A DNA stretch of 64,000 nucleotides from Escherichia phage MLP3: sequence record OK148440. One strand, given 5' to 3'. Shown one piece after another: positions 44,848 through 54,084 of this stretch (the first letter of the stretch is position 1; each line of letters starts with the position of its first letter). The notes beneath the pieces were generated by a model. It ran no database searches and had not been told where the DNA came from. It saw only the letters and a program-made list of their open reading frames with translations. Both the position numbers and the translations under genes were made by a program.

Positions 44848-47091
44848 ATGGCTAAGAAGAAATTTAGTGAAGATGTTTTGGATGAATTACGCGTTGACCT
44901 TCAACGTCGATTCAATTATGCTCAAGGATATGTAGACTTAGCTGTAAAAGGCTATGCTCGTGAGGCTTGGGAATACTTCTATGGGAACCTTCCTGCTCCA
45001 GTTACTGCTGGTAGTTCTAGTTGGGTAGACCGTACAGTATGGGAATCAGTGAACGGTACGCTCCAAGATATCATTAACGTGTTCTGTTCTGGTGACGAAG
45101 CGGTAACTTTCGTAGCCGATAACCAAGAAGATAGTGATGCTGCTGACGTAGCCACTAAACTTGTCAACCAAATTTTGTTACGTGATAATCCGGGATACAA
45201 TATTATCTCTTCAGCGGCACAAGAGTGTCTGGTTACACGTAACTCTTTTATTAAATATTATTGGGATGAACAGACTTCTACTCAAACAGAAGAAGCAGAG
45301 GGTGTTCCTCCGGAAGCTTTGGCTGCATATGTCCAAGGTTTAGAAGCTGGTGGGCTTCAAGATTTAGAAATCTTTACCACTGACAATGAAGATGGTACAG
45401 TGGACGTTAAAGTAACTTACAAACAAACAGTAAAACGTGTTAAAGTAGAATATGTTCCTTCAGAACAGATTTTTGTTGACGAACACGCTACCTCTTTTGC
45501 AGATGCTCAGTACTTCTGTCATCGCACACGTAAATCTAAAGAAGATCTGGTTGCTATGGGCTTCCCTAAAGACGAAATTGAAGCTTTTAACGATTGGACG
45601 GATATGATGGACACTACCCAATCGACTGTTGCTTGGTCACGTACTGACTGGCGTCAGGATATAGATTCAGATATCGGTGTAGACACTGATGATATCGCTT
45701 CTATGGTTTGGGTTTACGAGCATTACATCCGTACTGGTGTACTGGATAAGAATAAAGAAGCAAAACTCTATCAAGTTATTCAAGCAGGTGAGCATATTCT
45801 CAGTTGTGAAGAAGTAACTAGCATTCCTTTTGTAACATTCTGCCCTTATCCTATTCCGGGTTCATTCTATGGACAATCTGTTTATGATATCACCAAAGAT
45901 ATTCAGGATTTGCGTACCGCTTTGGTTCGTGGTTATATCGATAACGTAAACAATGCTAACTATGGTCGATATAAGGCGCTTGTAGGCGCGTATGACCGTC
46001 GTTCTTTGCTAGACAACCGTCCGGGCGGTGTAGTAGAAATGGAGCGTCAGGATGCGATTGATCTCTTCCCATACCATAATCTACCTCAAGGTATCGATGG
46101 CTTGCTGGGAATGTCTGATGAGTTGAAAGAAACTCGTACTGGTGTTACTAAGCTTGGTATGGGTATTAACCCTGATGTGTTTAAGAATGATAACGCATAT
46201 GCAACTGTTGGATTGATGATGAATGCTGCTCAGAACCGTCTCCGTATGGTCTGTCGTAACATTGCTCACAACGGTATGGTTGAATTGATGCGTGGTATTT
46301 ATAATTTAGTCCGAGAAAATGGTGAGGTTCCTTTACAAGTACAAACCCCTCGTGGTATGGTTCAGGTTCATCCTAAACAACTGCCTGCTCGTCACAATCT
46401 ACAAGTTGTTGTAGCTATCTCTCCTAGCGAGAAATCAGAACGTGCACAGAAACTCATTAGTCTGAAGCAATTAATTGCTGCTGATGCTCAGTTAGCACCT
46501 CTGTTTACTCTGGAGCAAGATCGTTACATGACTGCACAGATCTTCGAGTTGATGGGAATTAAAGACACTCACAAATACTTAATGCCTCTGGAACAGTATC
46601 AACCGCCAGAACCTTCTCCGATGGAAATCCTCCAGCTTGAGATGACTAAAGCACAGGTTGAGAACGTACAGGCTTCTTCTCAGAAGATGATTGCTGATGC
46701 ATTCGACCAGCGTGAACGTACTACGTTTGAACAGCAGAAAGCTGCGGACGAGTTCAGCTTACGTCAAGAAGAACTGCAATTTAAGCAAGAGAATGCTGCT
46801 GATCAGATGACTTTGGAGAATCGTAAAGAAGACAACAGTGCTACACTTGAACAGGCTAAGCACAAGTTGGCTCTGCTCCAGCAACAGGTCCGTCAGTATG
46901 AATCTGTACTTAAAGAATTGCAGATGACTCTTAATCATCAGGTCGATGTTGAGAAAGTTGCAAATCAGGCTAAAATTCAAGATAAGACTTTGGAACTCCA
47001 AAAGAAAGAAGCAAATGAAACTAAGAAAGAACAGCAAAGTTCAATCAAAGATTCACGGATTCCTAACCGTCGTCTTGGTAGTAGAAAATAA
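44848..47091 (+). CDS. portal protein
   Basis: 747-aa protein directly after TerL in canonical order; coiled-coil C-terminus. Confidence 0.75.
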   Translation: MAKKKFSEDVLDELRVDLQRRFNYAQGYVDLAVKGYAREAWEYFYGNLPAPVTAGSSSWVDRTVWESVNGTLQDIINVFCSGDEAVTFVADNQEDSDAADVATKLVNQILLRDNPGYNIISSAAQECLVTRNSFIKYYWDEQTSTQTEEAEGVPPEALAAYVQGLEAGGLQDLEIFTTDNEDGTVDVKVTYKQTVKRVKVEYVPSEQIFVDEHATSFADAQYFCHRTRKSKEDLVAMGFPKDEIEAFNDWTDMMDTTQSTVAWSRTDWRQDIDSDIGVDTDDIASMVWVYEHYIRTGVLDKNKEAKLYQVIQAGEHILSCEEVTSIPFVTFCPYPIPGSFYGQSVYDITKDIQDLRTALVRGYIDNVNNANYGRYKALVGAYDRRSLLDNRPGGVVEMERQDAIDLFPYHNLPQGIDGLLGMSDELKETRTGVTKLGMGINPDVFKNDNAYATVGLMMNAAQNRLRMVCRNIAHNGMVELMRGIYNLVRENGEVPLQVQTPRGMVQVHPKQLPARHNLQVVVAISPSEKSERAQKLISLKQLIAADAQLAPLFTLEQDRYMTAQIFELMGIKDTHKYLMPLEQYQPPEPSPMEILQLEMTKAQVENVQASSQKMIADAFDQRERTTFEQQKAADEFSLRQEELQFKQENAADQMTLENRKEDNSATLEQAKHKLALLQQQVRQYESVLKELQMTLNHQVDVEKVANQAKIQDKTLELQKKEANETKKEQQSSIKDSRIPNRRLGSRK

Positions 47092-47100
47092 GGATACTGA

Positions 47101-47337
47101 ATGAATACAAGACAGCAATTCAATAAAGAGCACGCCGCCGCTTTGGCGGCTCTCAATCACAACGGCATTCTTGACGCAGCATTAGAGGCATTAAAAGAAA
47201 CCCTCATGAGAGATATTGTATTAACCGAGGCTCATGAGAATAAGAAACGCGAAGAGTGTTATCAAAAGTATAAAATGGTTGGTAGCTTAAAAGAGGTCAT
47301 AAAAGCTGCTATCAATAATGCAGGAGATATTTCCTAA
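47101..47337 (+). CDS. hypothetical small protein between portal and scaffold
   Basis: 78-aa ORF with AAGGA SD. Confidence 0.5.
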   Translation: MNTRQQFNKEHAAALAALNHNGILDAALEALKETLMRDIVLTEAHENKKREECYQKYKMVGSLKEVIKAAINNAGDIS

Positions 47338-48419
47338 TGGCAAATGATTATATTGACCCGAACGATTTTAAATCTTTCCTCCAACTAGACGACTTAAAAG
47401 GCTCCTTCAAAGAAGAGCTTAGTCAATTAGAATCAGAACGTGAACCAGAAGTGAACATTGATGATGAATTCCCAGAACAGTCTGAGACTTTTGATCTTGA
47501 TGCTTCCGACCTTCTCGGTGATGACGATACGTTAGCGTTCGAAGATGAAGATGGTTGGGAAGATCGTGAAGAGGAAGGCGAAGAAGAAGAGGAAGAGTCT
47601 GAGTTCTCTGATGAAGACGGTGAAGAAGATGATTCCGGTGAAGCAGATCACGATGAAGCTGCTAACAGCGATGAAGATGGCGAAGAAGGTGAAGTCTTTG
47701 ACGTAGATTATGAAACTGTTATCACCCTTCCTGATGGTCGTGAGATGACTATTGAAGAGTTGTCTAATGGCTATTTGACTGGTGCAGAAATGTCCGAACG
47801 TGAGACTACTTTGCAGCGTCATGTTGAAGCTTTTGAAGAACGTGTTGCTGGCTTGGGGGATGTATTAGAACTAGCTGCCCTAGAAGCAGACCGAGTAATT
47901 GAAGATTACAACGGTTTTGATTGGGACAAACTTGCACAAGAAGATCCTCAAGCTTATGTAGAAAACAAACGTTTCTTAGAAAAATATACAGCTCGTCGCC
48001 AACAGCTTGAACAAGCTCAGCTTAAAATCAAGCAAGAAGCACTAGCAAAAGAACAACAGCTCTTCCAAGCTAAATGTACTGAGTGTGTAAGCGTACTTAA
48101 ACGTGAGATTCCTAATTGGGATGACAACTTGTATCAGAACCTGATGCAGTATGCAATCGACTTAGGTGCTACAGAAGAAGAAGTGCTGAAAGAGAACCGT
48201 CCGTCAATCTTCCTAGCTCTACACAAAGCATACCAGTTTGATAAAGGTAAGCAGCAGGTGATGGCTAAGATTAAACGTCCCGGCTCTCCACGCAAGGTTG
48301 TGAAGTCCGATGCTTCTAAGTCTCGTTCTTCCAATACGCCAGACAACGCTAAGGTTGCCAAGGCATTCTCAGAGGGTCGTATTCGTCACGAAGACGCATT
48401 TAAGTATCTCGTAGATTAA
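47337..48419 (+). CDS. scaffolding protein (putative)
   Basis: Position before capsid gene; highly acidic Glu/Asp tract and coiled-coil segments. Confidence 0.55.
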   Translation: MANDYIDPNDFKSFLQLDDLKGSFKEELSQLESEREPEVNIDDEFPEQSETFDLDASDLLGDDDTLAFEDEDGWEDREEEGEEEEEESEFSDEDGEEDDSGEADHDEAANSDEDGEEGEVFDVDYETVITLPDGREMTIEELSNGYLTGAEMSERETTLQRHVEAFEERVAGLGDVLELAALEADRVIEDYNGFDWDKLAQEDPQAYVENKRFLEKYTARRQQLEQAQLKIKQEALAKEQQLFQAKCTECVSVLKREIPNWDDNLYQNLMQYAIDLGATEEEVLKENRPSIFLALHKAYQFDKGKQQVMAKIKRPGSPRKVVKSDASKSRSSNTPDNAKVAKAFSEGRIRHEDAFKYLVD

Positions 48420-48459
48420 TCGACAAATTTATTTTTAATAGTATAGGAGCTAATATAAC

Positions 48460-49515
48460 ATGGCAAATCCAACTTTATTTGTATCTTACGACCAGAATGG
48501 TAAAAAACTTTCTTTTGCTAACTGGATTTCTGTCCTGTCTCCGCAAGACACTCCGTTTGTGTCTATGACTGGTAAAGAGTCTATCAATCAGACTATTTTC
48601 AGCTGGCAGACCGATGCTCTGGCGAGCGTAGATGCTAACAACGCCCACGTCGAAGGCTCTCGTGCTGAAGACGGCGAAATGAAACCGACTGTAATCAAGT
48701 CCAACGTTACTCAGATCCTGCGTAAAGTTGTTCGTGTTTCTGATACTGCTAACACCACCGCTAACTACGGTCGTGGTCGTGAACTGATGTATCAGCTGGA
48801 GAAGAAAGGTAAAGAGATTAAACGTGACCTCGAGAAAATCCTGCTGTCCGGTCAGGCTCGTACCGATATTCTGGCAGACCAGTATCTGACCAACTCTGCA
48901 ACTGATCCTGCTGTTGTAGGTCAGAATGATACCTCAGCTGCTCGTAAGACTGGTGCTTTCCAGTTCCTGTGTGCACACAATGGTGTTGCTGGTGGTGTTG
49001 TTAAGAAAGAAGATGGTCCTGCTGACCCGGATACTGGTGCAGTAACTGTTAAAGTTGCACAGAATGCTTCTAACCCGACTACTAACATCGGTTTTGATGA
49101 AGCTGATATCTTTGATATGACTCTGCAATTGTATACCGCTGGTTCTGAAGCAGACATCATCATGATTAACCCTGCTCACGCTAGTATCTTTGCTAAGCTT
49201 CAGGAAAACTCTGTTGGTTCTCGTCAGCGTATCTTTGAGAACACCAAACAGTTCATCTATGAAGTTAACAGCATCACTGACCCGCTGGGCCAGAGCTATA
49301 AAATCATCGTTAACCGTTGGATGCCTGCTGATGCAGTTTACTTCTTCCGCAGCTCTGACTGGACTCAGATGGTTCTTCGTGCTCCGAAACGTACTGAACT
49401 GGCTAAAGATGGTTCTTACGAGAAGTGGATGATTGAAATGGAAGTTGGTCTGCGTCACCGCAACCCGTATGCTTCCGGCGTTCTGTTCACTGCTGCGGGA
49501 AAGGTGGCGGCGTAA
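48460..49515 (+). CDS. major capsid protein
   Basis: 351-aa ORF after scaffold gene; strong SD; highly biased codon usage. Confidence 0.8.
   Translation: MANPTLFVSYDQNGKKLSFANWISVLSPQDTPFVSMTGKESINQTIFSWQTDALASVDANNAHVEGSRAEDGEMKPTVIKSNVTQILRKVVRVSDTANTTANYGRGRELMYQLEKKGKEIKRDLEKILLSGQARTDILADQYLTNSATDPAVVGQNDTSAARKTGAFQFLCAHNGVAGGVVKKEDGPADPDTGAVTVKVAQNASNPTTNIGFDEADIFDMTLQLYTAGSEADIIMINPAHASIFAKLQENSVGSRQRIFENTKQFIYEVNSITDPLGQSYKIIVNRWMPADAVYFFRSSDWTQMVLRAPKRTELAKDGSYEKWMIEMEVGLRHRNPYASGVLFTAAGKVAA
49497..49503 (+). other. candidate -1 programmed frameshift slippery heptamer G_GGA_AAG
   Basis: X_XXY_YYZ motif 4 codons before capsid stop; -1 frame continues open into the Ig-like ORF. Confidence 0.5.
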
Positions 49516-50039
49516 CAGTAGACAGTGTGACTGTTAGCCCTGCGTCTTTAGCAAGCCTAGAGACAGGGGCTACTCGGCAGTTCACTGCAAGCGCGGAGAA
49601 AAGTGATGGTTCTACCGAAACAACTGGCTTTACTTGGTCAGTGACAGGAGGTGGTTCTATCACTCAGTCGGGTTTGTATACTGCTCCGAGTGCGTCTCAA
49701 TCCACTGATGTATCCATTACTGCAACTTTAGAAGGTGTTTCTGGTACAGCAACCATTTCTGAAATTGTTGCTCCTGCTCCTACTATTGTAGCTAAGGGTC
49801 CAATTACGGGTAAAACTGGTGGTTCTTCCACTAACTTCACTACCATGTTTACTGTAACTAATTCTACTGCTGCGGATTACACGTTTGTTGTAACCCCTAC
49901 AGAAGCTGGTACAGTAAGCGCCGCTGGTGCGTTAACCTTAGATGCTGCTGCAAGTGGCGAAGTTACTGTTCAAGCAAGTTTGACAGCTGACCCGTCCATC
50001 AATGCAACATGCACTTTTACTGGTGTAACACCTGCTTAA
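49497..50039 (+). CDS. Ig-like (Big_2-type) C-terminal extension of capsid protein, expressed by -1 frameshift (long form)
   Basis: -1 frame from the slippery site is open to 50039; Thr/Ser/Gly-rich beta-strand sequence typical of Ig-like domains; no SD for an independent start at 49527. Confidence 0.5.
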   Translation, partial: GKGGGVTVDSVTVSPASLASLETGATRQFTASAEKSDGSTETTGFTWSVTGGGSITQSGLYTAPSASQSTDVSITATLEGVSGTATISEIVAPAPTIVAKGPITGKTGGSSTNFTTMFTVTNSTAADYTFVVTPTEAGTVSAAGALTLDAAASGEVTVQASLTADPSINATCTFTGVTPA

Positions 50040-50046
50040 AACTAGA

Positions 50047-50076
50047 CCCTGCCTTCGGGCGGGGTTTTTTCGTTTT
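50047..50076 (+). terminator. rho-independent terminator after capsid module
   Basis: CCCTGCC-TTCG-GGCGGGG followed by TTTTTT. Confidence 0.7.
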
Positions 50077-50140
50077 AAGACCTATACAAGCTAGTGTGTA
50101 ATGTATATTCTTTGTCTACATATAACAAGGAGGACAACCT

Positions 50141-50653
50141 ATGGCAATGCCAGATTTCAGAGGAGCTTTTACATATAACCCAAATACAGGGCATCTTTTC
50201 TGGTCTATGAGTAACATATTCAATAAACAGAAAGGTCAACGTGCTGGATGTATTAATAGTAAGGGATATCGTGTGTTAACCTTCAAGAAGAAATCTTACC
50301 TAGAGCATAGAGTCATAGCTGAACTCTTTCTTCCTAAAGTAGAAGGGAAGGAGTATGTCAACCATAAGAATGGAATAAAAGATGACAACAGGATTGAGAA
50401 GCTAGAGTGGTGTACTCAACAAGAAAACTGTGTACATGCTTATGAAACAAAACTCTCAACACCAAGGAATCTTGAGGATAATCCTAATTCCAAACTTACT
50501 AAAGAACAAGTTCTTTTCTGTTTAGAGAACTATAAACCGAGGGACAGACAGTTCGGAGCTAGAGCTTTAGCTAGGAAGTTTGGAGTCTCTTCAAGCACAA
50601 TAAGCCTAATAATCAATGGCACAAACTGGAAGGAGGTATCCTATGTTGCCTGA
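50141..50653 (+). CDS. HNH homing endonuclease
   Basis: HNH_3/NUMOD-like motifs YLEHRVIAELF, VNHKNGIKDDNRIEKLEW, QQEN; AT-rich insert between capsid and tail genes. Confidence 0.75.
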   Translation: MAMPDFRGAFTYNPNTGHLFWSMSNIFNKQKGQRAGCINSKGYRVLTFKKKSYLEHRVIAELFLPKVEGKEYVNHKNGIKDDNRIEKLEWCTQQENCVHAYETKLSTPRNLEDNPNSKLTKEQVLFCLENYKPRDRQFGARALARKFGVSSSTISLIINGTNWKEVSYVA

Positions 50654-51392
50654 CGTTCAATACCCCATCAATACCTATGGGTGGCTAAAGAAGGCCGTGT
50701 CCCTCTGGGCAGATAGGGACGATGACGAATTTGTTAATCAAATTCCAAACTTTATTAACTTTGCAGAGAAAGAGATTTATCGTAACTTACGTATTCCTCC
50801 TCTGGAAAAAGAAGTGTATTTAGATATTAAAGATGGAGTAGCTTATATTCCTCCTGATTACTTAGAAGCTCAATGGATGATGAGAGCCAAAGATGGCACA
50901 ATCTTCCAAGTAACCTCTCCTGAAGAGATTAGCTATCGTAGACAGCATGGAACAATTAACCCATCTCACTGGAATAACCAACCTGTCAACTTTGCTCGTT
51001 TCGGTAGTCGTTTCATTTTCTACCCTAGCATCGAAGCAGATACTCCGTACTACCCTGATGATGGAAGCCCTTTGATTCCAGCAGAAAACTCAGTGATTCT
51101 TAGCTATTATGCAGACCCACCGGAATTCCATGAAGATACAGATACTAGTACTATTCTTACTATAGCACCAGAACTTCTTCTGTACTTCACCCTACGTCAT
51201 GCTTGTCTCTTTGTTCAAGATGATAATGGTGTTCAGAAATGGTCAGCATTAGGAAAAGCTATCCTTGATGAAATAGTAGAGCAGAATAAGAAACAAGAGT
51301 ACTCAGGTTCACCTATCGCAATTCCGAATAACATGACTCGACTTCAGAGCAGCTTGCCTGATATTTATGGTATTCGTACTTCTCGTGTATAA
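50643..51392 (+). CDS. structural protein (putative head-tail or tail component)
   Basis: ATG at 50643 with AGGAGG 6 nt upstream (ORF-track start 50616 lacks SD); overlaps HNH stop. Confidence 0.5.
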   Translation: MLPDVQYPINTYGWLKKAVSLWADRDDDEFVNQIPNFINFAEKEIYRNLRIPPLEKEVYLDIKDGVAYIPPDYLEAQWMMRAKDGTIFQVTSPEEISYRRQHGTINPSHWNNQPVNFARFGSRFIFYPSIEADTPYYPDDGSPLIPAENSVILSYYADPPEFHEDTDTSTILTIAPELLLYFTLRHACLFVQDDNGVQKWSALGKAILDEIVEQNKKQEYSGSPIAIPNNMTRLQSSLPDIYGIRTSRV

Positions 51393-51401
51393 GGAGATAA
51401 T

Positions 51402-54044
51402 ATGATCGTTTATAATAACCAAGCACCCGATGCAGTGAATAATGTTGGGCAGTTTGGTGCTACTGAAGGCTCTATTGGAGCTTATAAGCAAGCCGCAGAA
51501 TATGCAGCTGACTCTAAATATTGGGCACTGTTAGCAGAATCTAAGTTTGGTACAATTGATGACTTGATCGCTGAAGTAGAACGTCTGTATCAACAGGGTG
51601 TTCTTATGAAGCAAGATATTGAAGATCTTAAGCAGGACTTTAAAGATCAAGATGCTCGTCTGATGAACTTGATTGCTCAGACTAATGCAGCAGTATCTGA
51701 TGCAAATAACGCAGTCGCCCTTATTAACCAGAAACTCATTGAGGTTCAGAAACAGCTTGATGTTCTGTTGGGAATGTCCGTTAATGTGACTACCCTTCCT
51801 CCGGGAACTCCGGCTACTGGTTCTTTTAATCCTAACACTGGTGTAATCTCTCTAGGTATCCCAGAAGGCGAACCCGGAAAGGATGGTTCTGTTAAGGATT
51901 TAGACACAGCTCCTACTGGTGTTCCAGAGCTAGGTGACTTGGGTTTCTATGTTGATAAAGATGACAACACCGTCCATAAAACTACTCTAGAGAATATTGC
52001 TAACTTAATCCCATCTGTTCGTTCTGTCTCTGTTAACGGTGGTCCAGCTCTTGATGGAGAAGTTGCCTTAACACTTAACAAGGAGACGGTTGGTTTAGGG
52101 AATGTTCTGAACGTCGCTCAGTATAGTCGTCAAGAGATTAACGACAAGTTTGACAAAACCACAAAGACATACCAATCGAAAGCAGAAGCTGATGCTGACG
52201 CTCAGTACCGTCAAGTTGGTGAGAAGGTTTTAGTCTGGGAAGCTACTAAGTATGAGTTCTACACTGTTGCTGCTAACAAAACACTAACCCCTGTTAAAAC
52301 TGAAGGTAGAATTCTTACCGTTAACTCTCGCTCTCCAGACTCTAGTGGTAACATTGACATTACCATTCCAACAGGAAACCCTTCTCTATATCTTGGTGAG
52401 ATGGTGATGTTCCCTTATGATCCAACGAAGAATATCTCCTACCCAGGAGTTCTTCCTGCTGATGGTCGTCTGGTATCAAAAGAATCTGCTTCAGATTTAG
52501 GCCCATCCCTTGTCAGCGGACAGCTCCCTGTTGTTTCAGAAACTGAATGGCAAGCGGGGGCTAAACAGTACTTCTCTTGGGGTAAGTTAGCAGACGGTAT
52601 TACCGATGCGGATTCTACTAATTTTATCAACATTCGACTCCCTGATTGGACTGGAGGGGAGGCAATAAGAGCACCAGATTCTGATAAAGACTCTCAGTAC
52701 AATGGGTCTGTACAGGCTCAGAAACCTTATGTTGTTACTGTAAATAACCAAGCTCCTGATGAGATTACTGGTAATGTGAACATCTCCAGATCAATTTTAG
52801 GTGCTGCTTCTTCTGGAGCAAACTCTGACATTACATCTTTATCTGGACTCACAACACCGCTATCCATCTCTCAAGGTGGTACTGGAGCTAAAGATGCTGC
52901 TGGTGCTCGTTCTAATTTAGGTCTAGGTTCAACAGCTACCCTCAACACAATACCTGTAGCCAATGGTGGCACAGGAGCAACTACTGTTGATGTTGCTCGT
53001 TCCAATTTATCCATAGACCGAATAGATCAAGCCTCCGGGGAGAGTAAATTATTATCCCCTAACAAAGAAACCTACCTCTTTGTGGATAACAATGGGTGGG
53101 GCTGTTATAGTACCTCAGCTGGAAGGGTTGGTGATGTGGCTCTTTCTGTTGAAAGAGGTGGTACTGGAGCTAAAGATGCTGCTGGTGCTCGTTCTAATTT
53201 AGGGTTGGGGAGTGTTTCCACTCTAGATAACGTTCCTATCGCTAGTGGTGGGACAGGGGCTGGAGATGCTGCTGGTGCAAGGTTTAATCTTGGGTTAGGT
53301 AACTCAGCCACAATGAATACCGGAACTAACAGTGATAATGTTCTTAAGGTTGGTGATTTTGGAATTGGAAGACCTGATGGTGCTCTTGTTTTTGATACTA
53401 CTTCACAAGACCAACTTCTTGCTGGACTTGACACTTATGGGCTGTGTGTGTTTAGGAATAACCAACAAATAGCAGCACCTTGGGATATATGGAATTACTC
53501 CTCAAACCTCTTCTTTAGGGCAGGAGACACATACAGTATGATAAGTATTCCGTTTGAGTCTGCCGGTAAGATAAAAGTTTTTGGTGGTGCAGCAGGCAGT
53601 GGGTGGAAAACCTCAAGGACGGTATATGATACTGTAAATACAACTGTTGACGTCAATGGCTTTATCAAAGCAGCGTCACCAATAGTTAAGGTATTCCATG
53701 ACGGAAGTTTTGAAACAAACGAACAATCTGATGGAGTTAGTGTTAAGAAAATCTCCACCGGGGTTTATTTAATTTCAGGGTGTCTTGGTCTTAATTCTGA
53801 TGCAGGATGGGGTGGTGTAGATGGAGGTTTTGAAATCCCAATAGACCGAAACAAACAACCTAGAGTTTGGCTTGACTATGAGGTTAAAGAGGATGGTTCT
53901 CTTTTAATTAAAACTTATCATAGAACCCATTCAACATCCCCAGCTTTTGCTAGAAACGAGTTGGAAGGTTTTTCTGACGGAGACCCTGTTGACATTCCTA
54001 AGGATGCTTTCATTTCGGTTCGTGTTGAAATGCCTTCTAAGTAA
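51402..54044 (+). CDS. tail fibre protein with internal GGTGA...SNLGLG repeats
   Basis: N-terminal coiled coil; repeated QGGTGAKDAAGARSNLGLGS and GGTGAGDAAGARFNLGLGN segments; 880 aa. Confidence 0.65.
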   Translation: MIVYNNQAPDAVNNVGQFGATEGSIGAYKQAAEYAADSKYWALLAESKFGTIDDLIAEVERLYQQGVLMKQDIEDLKQDFKDQDARLMNLIAQTNAAVSDANNAVALINQKLIEVQKQLDVLLGMSVNVTTLPPGTPATGSFNPNTGVISLGIPEGEPGKDGSVKDLDTAPTGVPELGDLGFYVDKDDNTVHKTTLENIANLIPSVRSVSVNGGPALDGEVALTLNKETVGLGNVLNVAQYSRQEINDKFDKTTKTYQSKAEADADAQYRQVGEKVLVWEATKYEFYTVAANKTLTPVKTEGRILTVNSRSPDSSGNIDITIPTGNPSLYLGEMVMFPYDPTKNISYPGVLPADGRLVSKESASDLGPSLVSGQLPVVSETEWQAGAKQYFSWGKLADGITDADSTNFINIRLPDWTGGEAIRAPDSDKDSQYNGSVQAQKPYVVTVNNQAPDEITGNVNISRSILGAASSGANSDITSLSGLTTPLSISQGGTGAKDAAGARSNLGLGSTATLNTIPVANGGTGATTVDVARSNLSIDRIDQASGESKLLSPNKETYLFVDNNGWGCYSTSAGRVGDVALSVERGGTGAKDAAGARSNLGLGSVSTLDNVPIASGGTGAGDAAGARFNLGLGNSATMNTGTNSDNVLKVGDFGIGRPDGALVFDTTSQDQLLAGLDTYGLCVFRNNQQIAAPWDIWNYSSNLFFRAGDTYSMISIPFESAGKIKVFGGAAGSGWKTSRTVYDTVNTTVDVNGFIKAASPIVKVFHDGSFETNEQSDGVSVKKISTGVYLISGCLGLNSDAGWGGVDGGFEIPIDRNKQPRVWLDYEVKEDGSLLIKTYHRTHSTSPAFARNELEGFSDGDPVDIPKDAFISVRVEMPSK

Positions 54045-54052
54045 ATTAACAA

Positions 54053-54073
54053 TGCTCCCTTCGGGGAGCTTTA
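54053..54073 (+). terminator. terminator-like hairpin
   Basis: GCTCCC-TTCG-GGGAGC followed by TTT. Confidence 0.45.
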
Positions 54074-54084
54074 AGGAGATTTAA

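Noticed and set aside
47337-48419. Acidic repeat region of the scaffold gene as a possible tandem DNA repeat
   Set aside because: The GAA/GAT-rich stretch is in-frame coding low-complexity (poly-Glu/Asp) typical of scaffolding proteins, not a non-coding repeat.
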